64,000 bases of DNA from the human T2T-CHM13v2.0 reference genome, Homo sapiens, in NCBI RefSeq assembly GCF_009914755.1, contig NC_060928.1; one strand, 5' to 3'. The translations under genes and the position numbers were made by a program. The notes beneath the pieces are model-generated. The model saw only the letters and a list, made by a program, of their open reading frames with translations, was not told where the DNA came from and searched no databases. Positions 50,866-64,000 of this stretch are shown here, piece after piece. Positions within the stretch are counted from its first letter, which is position 1. Each line of letters begins with the position of its first letter.

Positions 50866-52006
50866 CTAACACAGAGGGGTTGGGAGAAAGAAGTCAAATA
50901 AATATAATCTAGTAGAATTGAAGATATATACCTTATTCAATTCTTTGCATTACCTCCAAGTAGATTAAACATTAGAAGTATTATCCATCCAGAAATATGT
51001 TACTTCATGAGTTACTGTGGGGAGTGAGTGATAGTGTAGCACACAGTATGTGTCCAATATGAATCAGTTATTATTATCTATATTATTATGAGTTGAAAAG
51101 AGAAATACAATAATAGAAAAATGTAAGAATGTTACAATGCTTTGGATATTGTCCCATCTCTGACTCTAAATGTACAATCTTGGCAATTACTTAACATCTT
51201 CTGGCATACTTTCTCATCTAGGACATGGAGTTTTGCCTATGTTGTTTTTCTTTGGGATTATGAAAAAAAATTCTTTAAAAATTGTGAAGTGGATTCCAAA
51301 TATATGACATTTCTTTTATTGATAATAATGATATGCATGTATTGTCATGTTGAAAGAATGTACATAAATCTACCTACAACTGTTAGGAGGATATAGAATA
51401 GCTCTGAAATACACAGAGCTAAGAAAAATAACAGCTTTATTTAAACTATGGTAAGAAATAGAGAACTGAAATATAAAAGTAGCCACTTATAACAACACAT
51501 TCAAAAATAGGGTTGGAATGGGTTTCTCATTCTTTATCAAACACAAAAAATAATAATGGCAAAGCTAAAAATAAAAGATATGAACCATTAAAGATACAAG
51601 AAAAAAAAGACAATAAATAAAATGAGGACTTTAGGATGATAGACTATTTTTAAGTGCTAATAGCCATGGTAAGTATAAATTAGAAATCATTAACTATAAG
51701 AATCTCAACTAGCCCCAATTGATTTAACAATTTGCATAGGCGTTTAAAAAATGTATCCACAAAGATCACAACAGCTCCAAATATTCTTTCTGCTTTGCTA
51801 ATCAACTTGTATATTAAATATTATGTTTTTTAATGATATCTACTAGGATTTAGACAAAGATTTTTAAAAATGTTTGGATGTAAACCTCTCAAAAAATGAA
51901 TCAGAGCGTCAATATTGACTTTCCCCAAAGACAAGGATGTTTAGATATTTTAATTTTTTTAAATGTCAGTTATGCAACAATTTTCTAATACTCCAGAGGA
52001 GTTTTA

Positions 52007-52153
<147 letters not shown>

Positions 52154-52673
52154 TTAAAATAGCAAAATAATAAGGTGAAACAGTAATTGTGTAATCAGCA
52201 ACAAACCCTTAATCCTTGTTCATTAAATAAGGAAAAGGAGAAGCTATAATATGAATTTCAAAACAGACCAACTTCTTAAGTGCCTAATTTTTTGAATTTT
52301 TTAATTGATCTTATGGAAAGACTAAAGAAGTTGTATGTATACCTAAACAGGAGAATTAGACCATTTCTTTTGAAAGGTATGTATGTGTTAATATACTTTT
52401 CAAAAATATTTTCCTTTATAATCTGGTCCAAATGAAGGGCAAATTTTTCAGATGAAGAACTACAGTATTTTTAAAAAGGTAACTTGACCTAAAGTCCTTT
52501 AAGGTATTGTTCTTACTAATTTATAAGCATAAGAGTTATGGTTTCTCTAACAATATATGTATGCAGCAGTGTCTCTGTATTCATGAGAGAAAGAGGCTTT
52601 CTTCATGCTCCTTCCTAAAATTTAAATATTTGGCAGAATTATCTTAGGTTGCTTAAGAAAACCTAAATCATAC

Positions 52674-52736
52674 TTGTCTATCTGTAGGAATTGGAGTGTC
52701 TTTATCAATTGCATCGTACTTGGCATGAATAGCTCC
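52674..52736 (-). CDS. TBCK: TBCK exon ~16 (63 nt): [21 protein letters not shown]
   Basis: ttgcag|GGA acceptor, CAA|gtatga donor. Confidence 0.95.
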
Positions 52737-53539
52737 CTGCAAAAAATAAAAGAAGATATATTAATTTATCATATCCTTAATACAAATAGTAATATAGAGA
52801 AATCTATTTTTTACAAATATCTATCTTTGGAAACCTACCCAACTACAGATAAGCACATTCAAACTCAGGGTAGAACTCATCTTAAGAGAAATTCTCTGTG
52901 TCTTTGACAATCTGTGATGAAGGTCTCTGATAAGTGACAATTTGCCATTTTGCTGAGGCAAACTCTTGAATTATACATACCAGAACATAAATGTCATGGA
53001 TTAATTACTTAGCTAGTAAGTATGTTTGGCCAACCTCCCAGACCCTACAACATAACACAACCTTGTTATGTTATATCTATAATTACATGATAGAATCATT
53101 AGGGCCTAAAGAGGTCATTTACGCTTTTCAGTTAGACTGTTAAAATTTAGAAATAACTGAATGAACGACTACAAATTTTGGTCGTGTTCTATAGGACCAA
53201 GCATGAAAAAAATATTATTATTCTGGCTTATTATCATGGTAGAGAAAGAGCCAGGAAGTAGGGTTCAAACTCCAATATCGGCTATTATCAACTTCTTTGA
53301 GACATTAATTTAATGAGAGTTGGACAACCTGATACCTGAAGTCCTCTTGAACTTTAGCATTATATTGTTCTACAAGTCTAATGATTAATGTATGATATTG
53401 AACAATTGGCATTCTTGTAAAGTAACCAACTAAACTCAAAGGTATTTGTAGACTCTTATCAAGGGAATCAGGAATGAAGAAAGGAAATTCTTCAAACAGA
53501 GGATTGAAAAGGATTAAAAATAGTTGAGGATTTCTAAAA

Positions 53540-53690
53540 ATTTTTTAGAGTCAGGGTCTAGTTCTATCACCCAGGCTAGAGTGCAGTGGCACAACCAAGG
53601 TTCACTGCAGCCTCGAACTCCTGGGCTCAAGTAATCCTTCTGCCTCAGCTTTCCAAGAAGCTGGGACCACAGGCATGTGCCACCATTCCA
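53540..53690 (-). mobile_element. Alu right monomer (FRAM/AluJ)
   Basis: cccaggctagagtgcagtggc...cctcgaactcctgggctcaag. Confidence 0.8.
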
Positions 53691-54327
53691 GACTGGAATT
53701 CTTTAAAAAGGAAGGATAATTATCTATAAGAGAATATAAGAAGACAAGATGACAAAGAAATTGACAAGAAATGAAAAAAATCTGGCAAGAATTTGGCCCA
53801 TTATTATGATTGATGTCATCGGAGTTCTCTGTTAGTATTGCAGGCCACCATAATTTGTGACACATCTTTCCTCACAACCACAGAGAAAGTGCTATTTCTC
53901 TTGGTAGCATAGTCCAGGTGGAATAGGTGTGCCAAAAGTCACTAAATTATGTTAGTGATTTTGACAAGTCAGATTAGATGGAAAGATTTCTCCAAATTTA
54001 GACAGAACCATTTATAAACAATCATATTCTATAACAAGCATACTTTATAAGCAGGACTACCCATTTATAACTGATATATATTCTTAAAATATTCTATGGT
54101 AATAATCAAAACATTTTCTGTGACCACTATTAAATGAAACATTAAATAGCATAATCTAATAAACCCTCCATTATATTTTTCTATTCTATTGTTTTCCTAT
54201 ATTCTTTCCACTTAAAATTGCCAAATATTCTAATGCTTATATTTTACTATATAATTTTCTAATAACTAGAAAAATATATATTTGGAAAGCACTGTCCTTC
54301 TCCATCCTTTCTTTGCATAATTAATCA

Positions 54328-54453
<126 letters not shown>

Positions 54454-54869
54454 CTATGATATCAAAAAAGAAATGAAAACGTCTCAAATTACCTAGTGCC
54501 ATCTTTTAGTCTAGACAGTTCTGAATATACCCATGATAAAACTTAAGTGACTTGCAATAAATTCCAAAGTATGTGCAATTATTGTGTCTGGTGTTATTAA
54601 TACACATAAATAAGCAGTAGAATGAATGAATCCCTAACACCTTGAAAAACTCGTATTATATAATTAAGAAGAGCAGCTGATTCTACCTGATTTTTAATCC
54701 TTCCTCTCTATTTGATGCTCTGGGGGGATTTTAAATGAGTCAGATGGAGGATAATAGTACCAGTCTCATACGGGTTAAATAAGATAATGCAGGTAAAGCA
54801 CTCTGTTAAAAACGTGGTGATAGAGAAGTGATCAATAACTATAAGCTACTATTATGAGTACTTCCGCAT

Positions 54870-55320
54870 TTTGCATATAAATTTATACTTTTATAAATTT
54901 GTGTCTTAGGAGAAATTTCTAGAAGAGTATTAATAGGACAAAGGCAACAGATGTTGTTAAGGTTCTTGATATATGCATTCAAATTGTTTTACAAAATGTT
55001 TCAGTACATTCACATTTATTCCAACAGAATGAGAGTTCCAATATCATTGCATCTGTGCTCACTTTGCTAATGCAGTATGGAAAATCACTCCTATTTTAAT
55101 TTGTATTTTTTTCATTCCCAGTGAAGATGAACAATTTGCATAGATTTACTAGCTGTATTTATATTACGTACTCTATCCATTTCTCTGTTTCAATATTGAT
55201 GTTTTTCCTGTTGACTTTTAAGTCTTCTTTTAAAAAATAAAGACATTATTCCTTTTTTAACATGATTTTGCATATGTTACCACACCTTGTTTTTACTTTT
55301 TAATTTTACTTACTAAGAAC
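54870..55320 (-). mobile_element. Old L1ME fragment
   Basis: ccaacagaatgagagttcc...ttttaatttgtatttttt...gtgaagatgaaca. Confidence 0.5.
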
Positions 55321-55403
55321 ATGTATCATTTTTAAAATGAAAGAAAGCTAACTGAACAAGATAGGTCATAAAAATTAATCTTCTTATTACTCAAGATTCC
55401 CTA

Positions 55404-55673
<270 letters not shown>

Positions 55674-55844
55674 CTAACTCTACCAACAGTGATTTCAGAA
55701 AAAGCACAAAATTTTAATAAACCAAAACCTCAGGTTATTATTTTCTATTTAGGAAACATTTTTCAAAGAAAATGTATAAAATTCTTATAAATCTAATATA
55801 AATAGAAAGAAAAATAAATCTAAAATGAGACTACATATACTCAC

Positions 55845-55894
55845 TCATCTTCAAGTAATGGGTAAAATGCTTCTCCACCAACATCTTTCAATCT
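55845..55894 (-). CDS. TBCK: TBCK exon ~13 (50 nt): RLKDVGGEAFYPLLED(D)
   Basis: cacag|AGA acceptor, GA|gtgagt donor. Confidence 0.95.
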
Positions 55895-57724
55895 CTGTGT
55901 ATTTAAAGACAAAATATTTATGTATAAACATATTGGGCAGAAACCCTGATCTGTGTTTAAAAAGACAAGTAATATAACAACTATAAATTTATAAAGGGAC
56001 CTAGAAAAGTATAAAATAGAGTCTAAAAATCAGTTCTTACCATAAACATGCAAGCATACAATGCCTCTACTGATTAAGGTTTGGCTGTGAAAAACAACTA
56101 TTTTTTTCTTATCTATAGGTATCACTCATAAATGTTAGACACTTATCATGATATATTTTCCAAACAGAACTCAGAATTACTAGCACTAGTATAAAACTTA
56201 ATGAATGGGAAAAAAATTTTAAGTTATATGAAGAAAGATGATTAAAAAGAGGTACTATATAGCCATGTATATACTAAAAGAACAACTTAGATTTATTTTT
56301 GCTTTGGCATAATACAAGCTAAGTCAAAAAGAAAGGTGCTAGAAAAAGGATTCCAAAATATTTCTCACATCATACTTTGAACATGTATGATTCAAATAGC
56401 TAATAAATCAATGGAGAGAGTTCACTTAATGACAAAATCATTTTAATAAATGTTGTTCCAAATAACAACCCTGACAGGATTACAGGTATTCTTCAAAATC
56501 ATAAGCAGGAAGGCAGTAGTAAAGTAAAATGTTAACCACATCCTAAGCAAGGTGATTAAAGTTAATGCCATCTTGCCTGCTGCTCTGCTGTTCAACTTCC
56601 AACTTGAAGGCAGAATGTCTGCTCCTATGGGGATTGACATAGAAATTCAAGCTGTGTGTGCAGCAAGCACTGATCTTCTGCTGATTAGAGTCTTTGTGCA
56701 CCCATGTGAGTTATTCCCAGAATTTTTAAAGCTTAAGAAAAATCTTTTACTCAAACTAAGAATTCAGCAAACACTGAATTTATGCCTGGTTCTACTCTAA
56801 AAATCAATGTGCTATGTACTTATCCTATTTTAAAAAACCTTTAGGTATATCTTTCATATATTAAAATTTTAAGTTAGGAAATAAAATTTTCCCAAGTTTT
56901 ACTGCATTATTAATACACATAAATCTTTTTAAAGATTAGTTTTCAGTATACTGTATGTCATAGATTTTATCTAATTAAGTATCTTGTCTGTCTTTTCTAA
57001 ATAAAAACTTAGCACATTAGGATTTTTAAAAGGTGAATGAAAACACTAAAGATAAAAATTATTATATGGTTTCCATATCATTTTAAGATTCAGCAAATTA
57101 ATATTTCTTAATAACTACAGAAGAAGAGTATTTTAAATTTCACAAGTAGAACTGTAAAGGAATTGAGACATTTAGATTTGAAGCCTACATTCATTTAACT
57201 TGGATTATATTTAAATTGAAGAAACAAATTAAGAGCAAAACAAAATCAGCTGAAATCATATATTTTGGATGTAATTTATTGTTCGCTGCAGGGTATTATT
57301 ACTTATTTTGTTACTTTCCACATCCTTTCTTTCAAAGAGATTATAAATTCAGAGTACTGAGTAGGAATAGTTATATATTTTAATTTTCTGTTGCTGGCAT
57401 TATGGCAGACAAGAGATTCTAATACTCTCCTACTATATAACATGTAAAATATTAAATGGTTAGATAAGCTTTAAAACATAAGGAAAATGCAGTGATAACA
57501 GATATAAAACCAGGCCTAGAGAGAAAGTAGTTAATAACTGTGGTCTAGAGATTTAGACCATAATGGGATAAGGGTTTGGGAACCTACATAACAGACCTTC
57601 AGAATGGAGAAGACCCTTCTAAAGCCACGTAAAGAAAAAACTAGGGGAATTGCTGGCTTAGACAGAAAACAAGGATAGGTACCTATTTCAGCTTTGGCTA
57701 TGAATGGTTAAAAATAAAAAGGCT

Positions 57725-58500
57725 AGGACTTCCACTTTCTTATACAAAATATAAACAGCTTAGAAGGCATCATTCTTCCTCTAACAAGAAAAATGCTGAA
57801 CAAACTGAAAATCAAGAACTCGTCTCACATCTGTCAGAATCAGAGCATTGTGATGTCCTCAAAGCTGGAGGGACCCTCGAATACAGGGAATCACAGCTCA
57901 ACAGGAACAGAGCCACTGCTGGAGTCTGTTAAGATCAATTAAAAGGTAATTATCTAATACTTGCAGGCTGAGCACAGACTAATACGAGAGAGAAAAACTT
58001 CTGGAGGCCCTGCCTTAGGGAGGCCTTCCTTGCTTCCATGAGATTAACCTCTGCAGGTCCCACCAGGTTCTCAGGGTGAAGATCTGAGAAAAATACCCTT
58101 GACTTCCTGCAGGGGGAGGTGGAAAGTAACCAATCTGAAATACAGCCAGAGTACTCTGTTTTCCTTGAGAGGCCTGTCTTAAAGGGAAACTCTTCGGTCA
58201 GGTCTTAACTAACTTGGGTTTTACAGAAATCTAACCAACTTGGGAAGGAAATATTCAACTCCAGTCCACTCTAGTCTTTGATGTAGGGGAACAGAAATAC
58301 CCAACTCCAGCCCCTCTAGCTTTCCTGTCTCATGTTGGGGAGGAGGAGTGGGAGAAGCTGAGAAGCCTTGTGAAGGTCACAGCCCAGGAACACAGGCTCA
58401 CTAAAAAACTGGGACTTAATGATAAGATTATAAAATACTTCTCCCCTATACTTTACTATGATATTAATAGGGCTTCTACATAATAACAGGATTCATTCCT
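57725..58500 (+). mobile_element. Ancient L1M 5' UTR fragment
   Basis: gacttccacttt...gctgaacaaactgaaaatcaagaactc. Confidence 0.55.
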
Positions 58501-58759
58501 TCATTTAGTTATTATATAGGAAGAAAACATATAACACATCAAATGAAGAGAAGTACAATGGAGGAAAAAAACAAAACAGGATAAAGAATACAAGGGATAG
58601 GTGTGGCGTTGCTATTTTATAAAGGATGGCCAACAAAAGCCCACCAATAGGTGACATTTTAGCAGAGAATGTAAAGAAAAGAAATGGAAGCACCGGAAGA
58701 GTGTTACAGGCAGTGGGAAGAGCAAGTTTAAAGGCCTTAAAACATATAACTTTAGAAAA

Positions 58760-61480
58760 TGATTTAAAAACAAAATAAACAACCTGAGTAAACTTATAAC
58801 CATTAAGCAGACTGAAGTAATGATTACACCCAAATAGGGATAAGGAGCCCTTACAATATGGTTTTAAAGCTAACTCCCATGAAACATTCAAGAAATAGAT
58901 ACATGTAATCATATAAAGTCTTTCAGAAAATAGAAAAAAAAAGGCAACACTCTCCTATTTATTTTATGAGACTAGTATACCCCTGATACCAAACTAGCAT
59001 CGTGCAGTAAAAGAAAAGAAACTCACAGGCCTATCTCAAATAGAAACAGAAATGCAAAAATTCTAAACAAAATATTAGAAAATCAAAACACAAATGTATA
59101 AAAAAGGAAAAATGAAATCATGATCTGTTTGGGTTTATCCCAGAAATACAAACATGGCTCAACATTGAAAAACCCCATCAACATAATTAAATCCATTAAC
59201 ATAATACATAAAAAAGCATATGACCATCCCAATAGATACAGTAAAAACACTCAGTGAAATTCAACACCCATTCATAACAAAACTTATAACTAAGAATAGA
59301 AGACCTCTATAACTCAATGCAACAAATATCATACTTAATTATGAAATATAAAAAGCAAACTTTTAAAACCAGAAATTAGACAGGAGTGCCCACTATTTGT
59401 TTCTATTCAATAGCGTTATAGACGCTCAGCAAAAATAATGAGAAAAGATGAAGTGAGTAGATAAGAATTGGAAATGAAGGAAAAAACCCTACCTTAATTC
59501 ACAAAGAAAACCACAGGGAATCTATAGACATATTATTTAAAAAAGAATAGGTTCAGCAATGTTGCCTGACACAAAATCCACATAAAAAAATCAATTGTGT
59601 TACTAATCATGCACAAAACAGTAGTTGAAATAGTATTTTAAAAAATATTATTGATTTATTTTTTAAAATCCTGTACTGGTATACTTAAGATTTGGTACAT
59701 TTTACTACATGAAAAAATATTATTGATGTATATTTTAAACTCATCTACTGGTATACTTAAGATCTATACATTTTACTATATGAAAATTTTGCCTAGAAAA
59801 GAACTATAAACAAATCTTAAACTCTAATGTGTAAGCTGAATTGTAGTAATGTCTTCATTTTACTTTGAAATGCAAGAACAAAAAATATGATGGATTGATG
59901 AATAGCTAGAAAGATAGACATGTGATAAAGCATGTAAAATGTTAATTATAGAATCTAGGTCAGGGATTAGCAAACTGTTTCTATGCAGGGCCATATGACA
60001 AATATTTTTAGCTTTGTGGGCCATGCAGTCTCTATCGCAACTACTCAATTCTGCCAATGCAGAACAAAACAGCTATACATAATAGGTCAATGAATAGGTG
60101 TGACTTGATTTTGCTAATAGATCATATCAATGCTTGATGTAGGTGGTAAGTTGTTCACTGTAAATGCTTTTCAACTTTTCTGTTTAAAAATTTTTATAAT
60201 AAAATGTTGGAAAAAATCATACTCATACTTACATATATATATATATTCTATATACAAGAGCAATAATAAATTACCTTAGAAATAAATCTGATAACTGATA
60301 TACAGACATTAAAAATAAAATTGTTATATAAAATAAGACAAATAAATGACATATTTATTTAAGCATGTTCAAGAAATAAAACCCTACATTTTAAATACAT
60401 CAATTCTCTACAAATTAACTTATCAATTCAATGCAATGTCAATCAAAACCCTATAATTTTTTATGAAGTTCTTTATGATGATTATAAAAATCAGCTAGTA
60501 GAGGAAGATGTTAAAGAGTTCCTACTCCATTTTGAGGACAAAAAAACTGAAGGTCTTCCCTTGCTAGATATCAACAGTTCACATAAAACTACAGATTAAG
60601 GCAATGTGGTATTTGCTAAAATTAGAAAAACAGGCCAACAAATCAGAATATCAAGGCCCAGAAACATATCCATATACATAGAAAAAGTTGGTATTATAGA
60701 TCAAAAAAGTGAAGAGAAAACTATTCAATATATGGTACTGAGACAAGGGGTATTTTTTTAATCAATGAAATATGATATTGGATACCTTCCTTACAACTTA
60801 ATCTAAAATAAATTCTAGGTGGATTAAAGAACTAAATGTGAAACAATTATTTAAATCTTTTATAAGGAAATATATAAAAACATTATAAAACATACTTATA
60901 ACCTTGCTATTACTTTAAATAAGTTACAAGAAAAAATATATCAAAATATATTTGACTATAAAAGAAAATACTGATAAAAATTTAGAATTCTATTCAATAA
61001 AAGAATCAAAAAGTTGAAGGAAAAGCCACAGATTAGAATATATTTCCATGACATATAGCTCACAAAGATACGATATCAGGGACATAGTTTCAAAAGTCCT
61101 CAAATCAATAAGAAATCACTCAACAGAAAAACTGACAAGAGATATGAACTAGTAATACATAGAAGAGGTAGGTGAACTGCTAGAATATGTGAAAAGACTT
61201 ACAACTGCACTATAATCAGGAAATTAAAAATTAGTATTACAGCAAAATACCTTTCCATACCATTAGATTAACAATTTTTTAAAATGTGATAAAAGAAAGT
61301 GTTACCAGGTAAATAAAGAAATGAGAACAGTTACCCAATGATGGCGAAAAGATAAACTGATAAAATCATTTTTGTGAACAATCAGGTAATAAAGCTGAAG
61401 TTGTACAGATGCAATTCTACTCTGGGGCACATATTTTACAGAAGCTCTCCCATATTTTGTGAAATCAAAGAGGCATACAA
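58760..61480 (+). mobile_element. Highly decayed L1M ORF2 fragments with nested MER58A
   Basis: ttttatgagactagtatacccctgataccaaa; tgggtttatcccagaaatac; aaataaattctaggtggattaaagaactaaatgtg. Confidence 0.7.
59961..60110 (+). mobile_element. MER58A (hAT-Charlie) fragment
   Basis: cagggattagcaaactgtttct...ctttgtgggccatgcagtctctatcgcaactactcaa. Confidence 0.75.
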
Positions 61481-61539
61481 GATTTCTTGTGTATCTGTAA
61501 GGTTTTAATTAAAGAAAAAAACCTAAAGCAGAACTGTCA

Positions 61540-61668
<129 letters not shown>

Positions 61669-61794
61669 TTAAAAATAATATGTACACAAAATCCAGTTTA
61701 TTGTTTCTTCTAGAAAGTAAAGTTTATTCTAAGTCATCAATCCCTTCATCAAAAAAGAATTAAACTTTAGACTGGATGTTTAATAAAACAATGT

Positions 61795-62175
61795 TTTTTT
61801 AATTATTATTATTATACTTTAAGTTTTAGGGTACATGTGCACAATGTGCAGGTTAGTTACATATGTATACATGTGCCGTGCTGGTGTGCTGCACCCATTA
61901 ACTCGTCATTTAGCATTAGGTATATCTCCTAAAGCTATCCCTCCCCCTCCCCCCACCCCACAACAGTCCCCAGAGTGTGATGTTACCCTTCCTGTGTCCA
62001 TGTGTTCTCACTGTTCAATTCTCACCTATGAGTGAGAATATGCGGTGTTTGGTTTTTTGTTCTTGCGATAGTTTACTGAGAATGATGATTTCCAATTTCA
62101 TCCATGTCCCTACAAAGGACATGAACTCATCATTTTTTATGGCTGCATAGTATTCCATGGTATATATGTGCCACA
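61795..62175 (-). mobile_element. 5'-truncated L1PA3-like 3' end (~380 bp), sense to TBCK
   Basis: L1 3' UTR plus ORF2 tail (ORF 62015..62248); TSD ataaaacaatgt at 61783-61794 and 62217-62228. Confidence 0.93.
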
Positions 62176-62777
62176 TATACATAAACATATACATATGTGC
62201 CACATATACATTGCATATAAAACAATGTATTGAGATTTCTTCAAACAAGTCTCATTTTCAAATATCTCTTGAGTTGGTATGAATGTAAGTATAGAGAATT
62301 TCAGAAAAACAAAAGTGTCATTTACAACCCTTTGTTCATGCAGTTTCAATGCTAACAGTACTCTCCTGACATTAACTCAATGTGTTCCCAAGAAACTTTA
62401 TACGTGTAGAAAAAGATAAAGGGAAGATGAAAGAAAAAGCATATTGGATAGTAACCTCATAGAAGAAAGGATATTAAATAATAAATGAATAAAATTTGTT
62501 TACAATTTCAATAAATTACTTTTAAGAATCTACATATCCTTTAAACCATTTCTTCTTGGAATTTCCGTAATCTTACCTCTAACTTTCTACTTAATTCAAT
62601 GTATGAATGGTATAATCAAAGTTAACATTTAAAAATCAGATTAAGAGAGAAAAAAATAGAAACTAGTCAATCCAAACAATACAAAAGTTTAAAAAGTAAA
62701 GAAAAAAATGATGAGCAGATGACTTCTACAGTTGCCTACAATAATCAAAACTAAGTCTAGAAATCTAAAAATTAAAA

Positions 62778-63070
62778 TTTTATTTTATTTTGAGACAGGG
62801 TCTCTCATTCACTCAGGCTGAAGTGCAGTAGCATGATCTTGGCTCACTGCAGCCTCAACTTCCCTGGGCTCAGGTGATTCTCCCACCTGCAGCTGCCTGA
62901 GTAGCTAGGACTACAGGCACACAACACCACGCCCAGCTAATTTTTTTTCTTTGTAGAGACAGGGTTTTGCCATGTTGCCCAGGCTGATCTCAAACTCCTA
63001 GGTTCAAGCAATCCACCTGCCTTGCCTCCCAAAGTGCTGGGATCACAGGCATGATCCACCATGCCCAGCC
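62778..63070 (-). mobile_element. AluJ
   Basis: J-type ctcaaactcctaggttcaagcaatcc; A/T-rich TSD taaaa(a)ttaaaa. Confidence 0.9.
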
Positions 63071-63709
63071 TAAAATTAAAAATTTAAAGTATTAGTAGAA
63101 GCTCAAGAAATTTAGGTTCATATTTTTATGAATAAACATGAATAGCAATGTTAATAACAATCTTAGCCCCAAGGCTGTAGAGGTATTTAACTTCCAGTCT
63201 AATTTCTAGCATGATATCTTCTTATACAGTTAGGCAGATTTTTTTGCAACACACTAGCACAGTAATGATCTCTAGGACACACAGTGAGACCACAGAGTTC
63301 ATTTACATTTACAAGTATATTTGGAAAAAGAACATAGTTCTTCATAGTAGGAACATTAAGCTAGTTTTTAGTTAACTGTCTTAAATATTCTATTGTGACT
63401 TGTGTATTTTTCATTAACATCAATTATTGCAAGATATTCCATAATATTAACTTCACTTCAAGTAGGTCACAAAGCAAATTACTGATCAAAGACAACTGAT
63501 GGGAACTCTGCAATTAGAAACTTTGGCCAATCAAACAAGGTGTTGATTCCAATTGCTTCCAATAATCACTTAGCTGGGATGCCTACCAAAAAAATTTTAA
63601 AAACAACCAATTTAAAAAAAAAAACACCGATTTTCTTTTTTATTATTACCATAGAATTATTACCATGTATTTATTTATTTAAATTCCCAAGAGAAGTTTC
63701 TTTCCTTAC

Positions 63710-63848
63710 TTGGGGAGTGTGCAGATAGGTGGTTTGGATCGAATGATTTCCTTGTTGACAAGCTCTTTCTCCAAGTCACCTCCAGCCAAACACCAAAGGT
63801 AATACACTTCTTCAATAGATCTTTCTGCCAGGTAATCATTATTTATAT
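63710..63848 (-). CDS. TBCK: TBCK exon ~11 (139 nt): (D)[45 protein letters not shown](N)
   Basis: ag|ATATAAAT acceptor, CCCAA|gtaagg donor, open frame. Confidence 0.96.
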
Positions 63849-64000
63849 CTATTAAAAGCAAATTTAAGGAATCATTGTATTATATTTTCTACTTTTATTA
63901 AACGTCAACAGGCAGTAATAGCTGCCATTCTAAAAAAAATAAACTCTGAAGAACAGACTTCCAGTTCCTAGTTCTGATTGTAGGGAGCCTGAAATTTGCT

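Noticed and set aside
53049-53072. 9-bp perfect inverted repeat aacataaca/tgttatgtt
   Set aside because: Expected by chance in 64 kb of AT-rich DNA

Overview
Human genomic DNA (species supported by a human-specific AluYb8), lying entirely inside the TBCK gene (TBC1 domain containing kinase, chr4q24), which is transcribed on the minus strand. Twelve GT-AG coding exons splice into one continuous reading frame of 1128 nt (about residues 311-687, exons ~11-22, numbering from recalled reference). This covers the linker and the TBC Rab-GAP domain with intact IxxDxxR and YxQ motifs. The introns are dominated by transposable elements: a full-length, inactivated L1PA2/3 antisense to TBCK, older L1PA/L1M and L2 fragments, about 12 Alu copies, solo LTRs (MER57, MLT2, LTR27/28, THE1A) and DNA transposon fossils (MER2, Charlie1, MER58, MER94). 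Most short ORFs in the track are repeat-derived or spurious. I found no convincing novel protein system. The best leads are regulatory: L1 antisense-promoter/gene-breaking geometry next to exon 20, a candidate poison exon in intron 22, inverted L1 pairs that could circularise exons 20-22 into a stop-free ring, a Met at codon 425, and several young insertions and duplications. Repeat boundaries and subfamilies are assigned by eye from recalled consensus sequences and are approximate.
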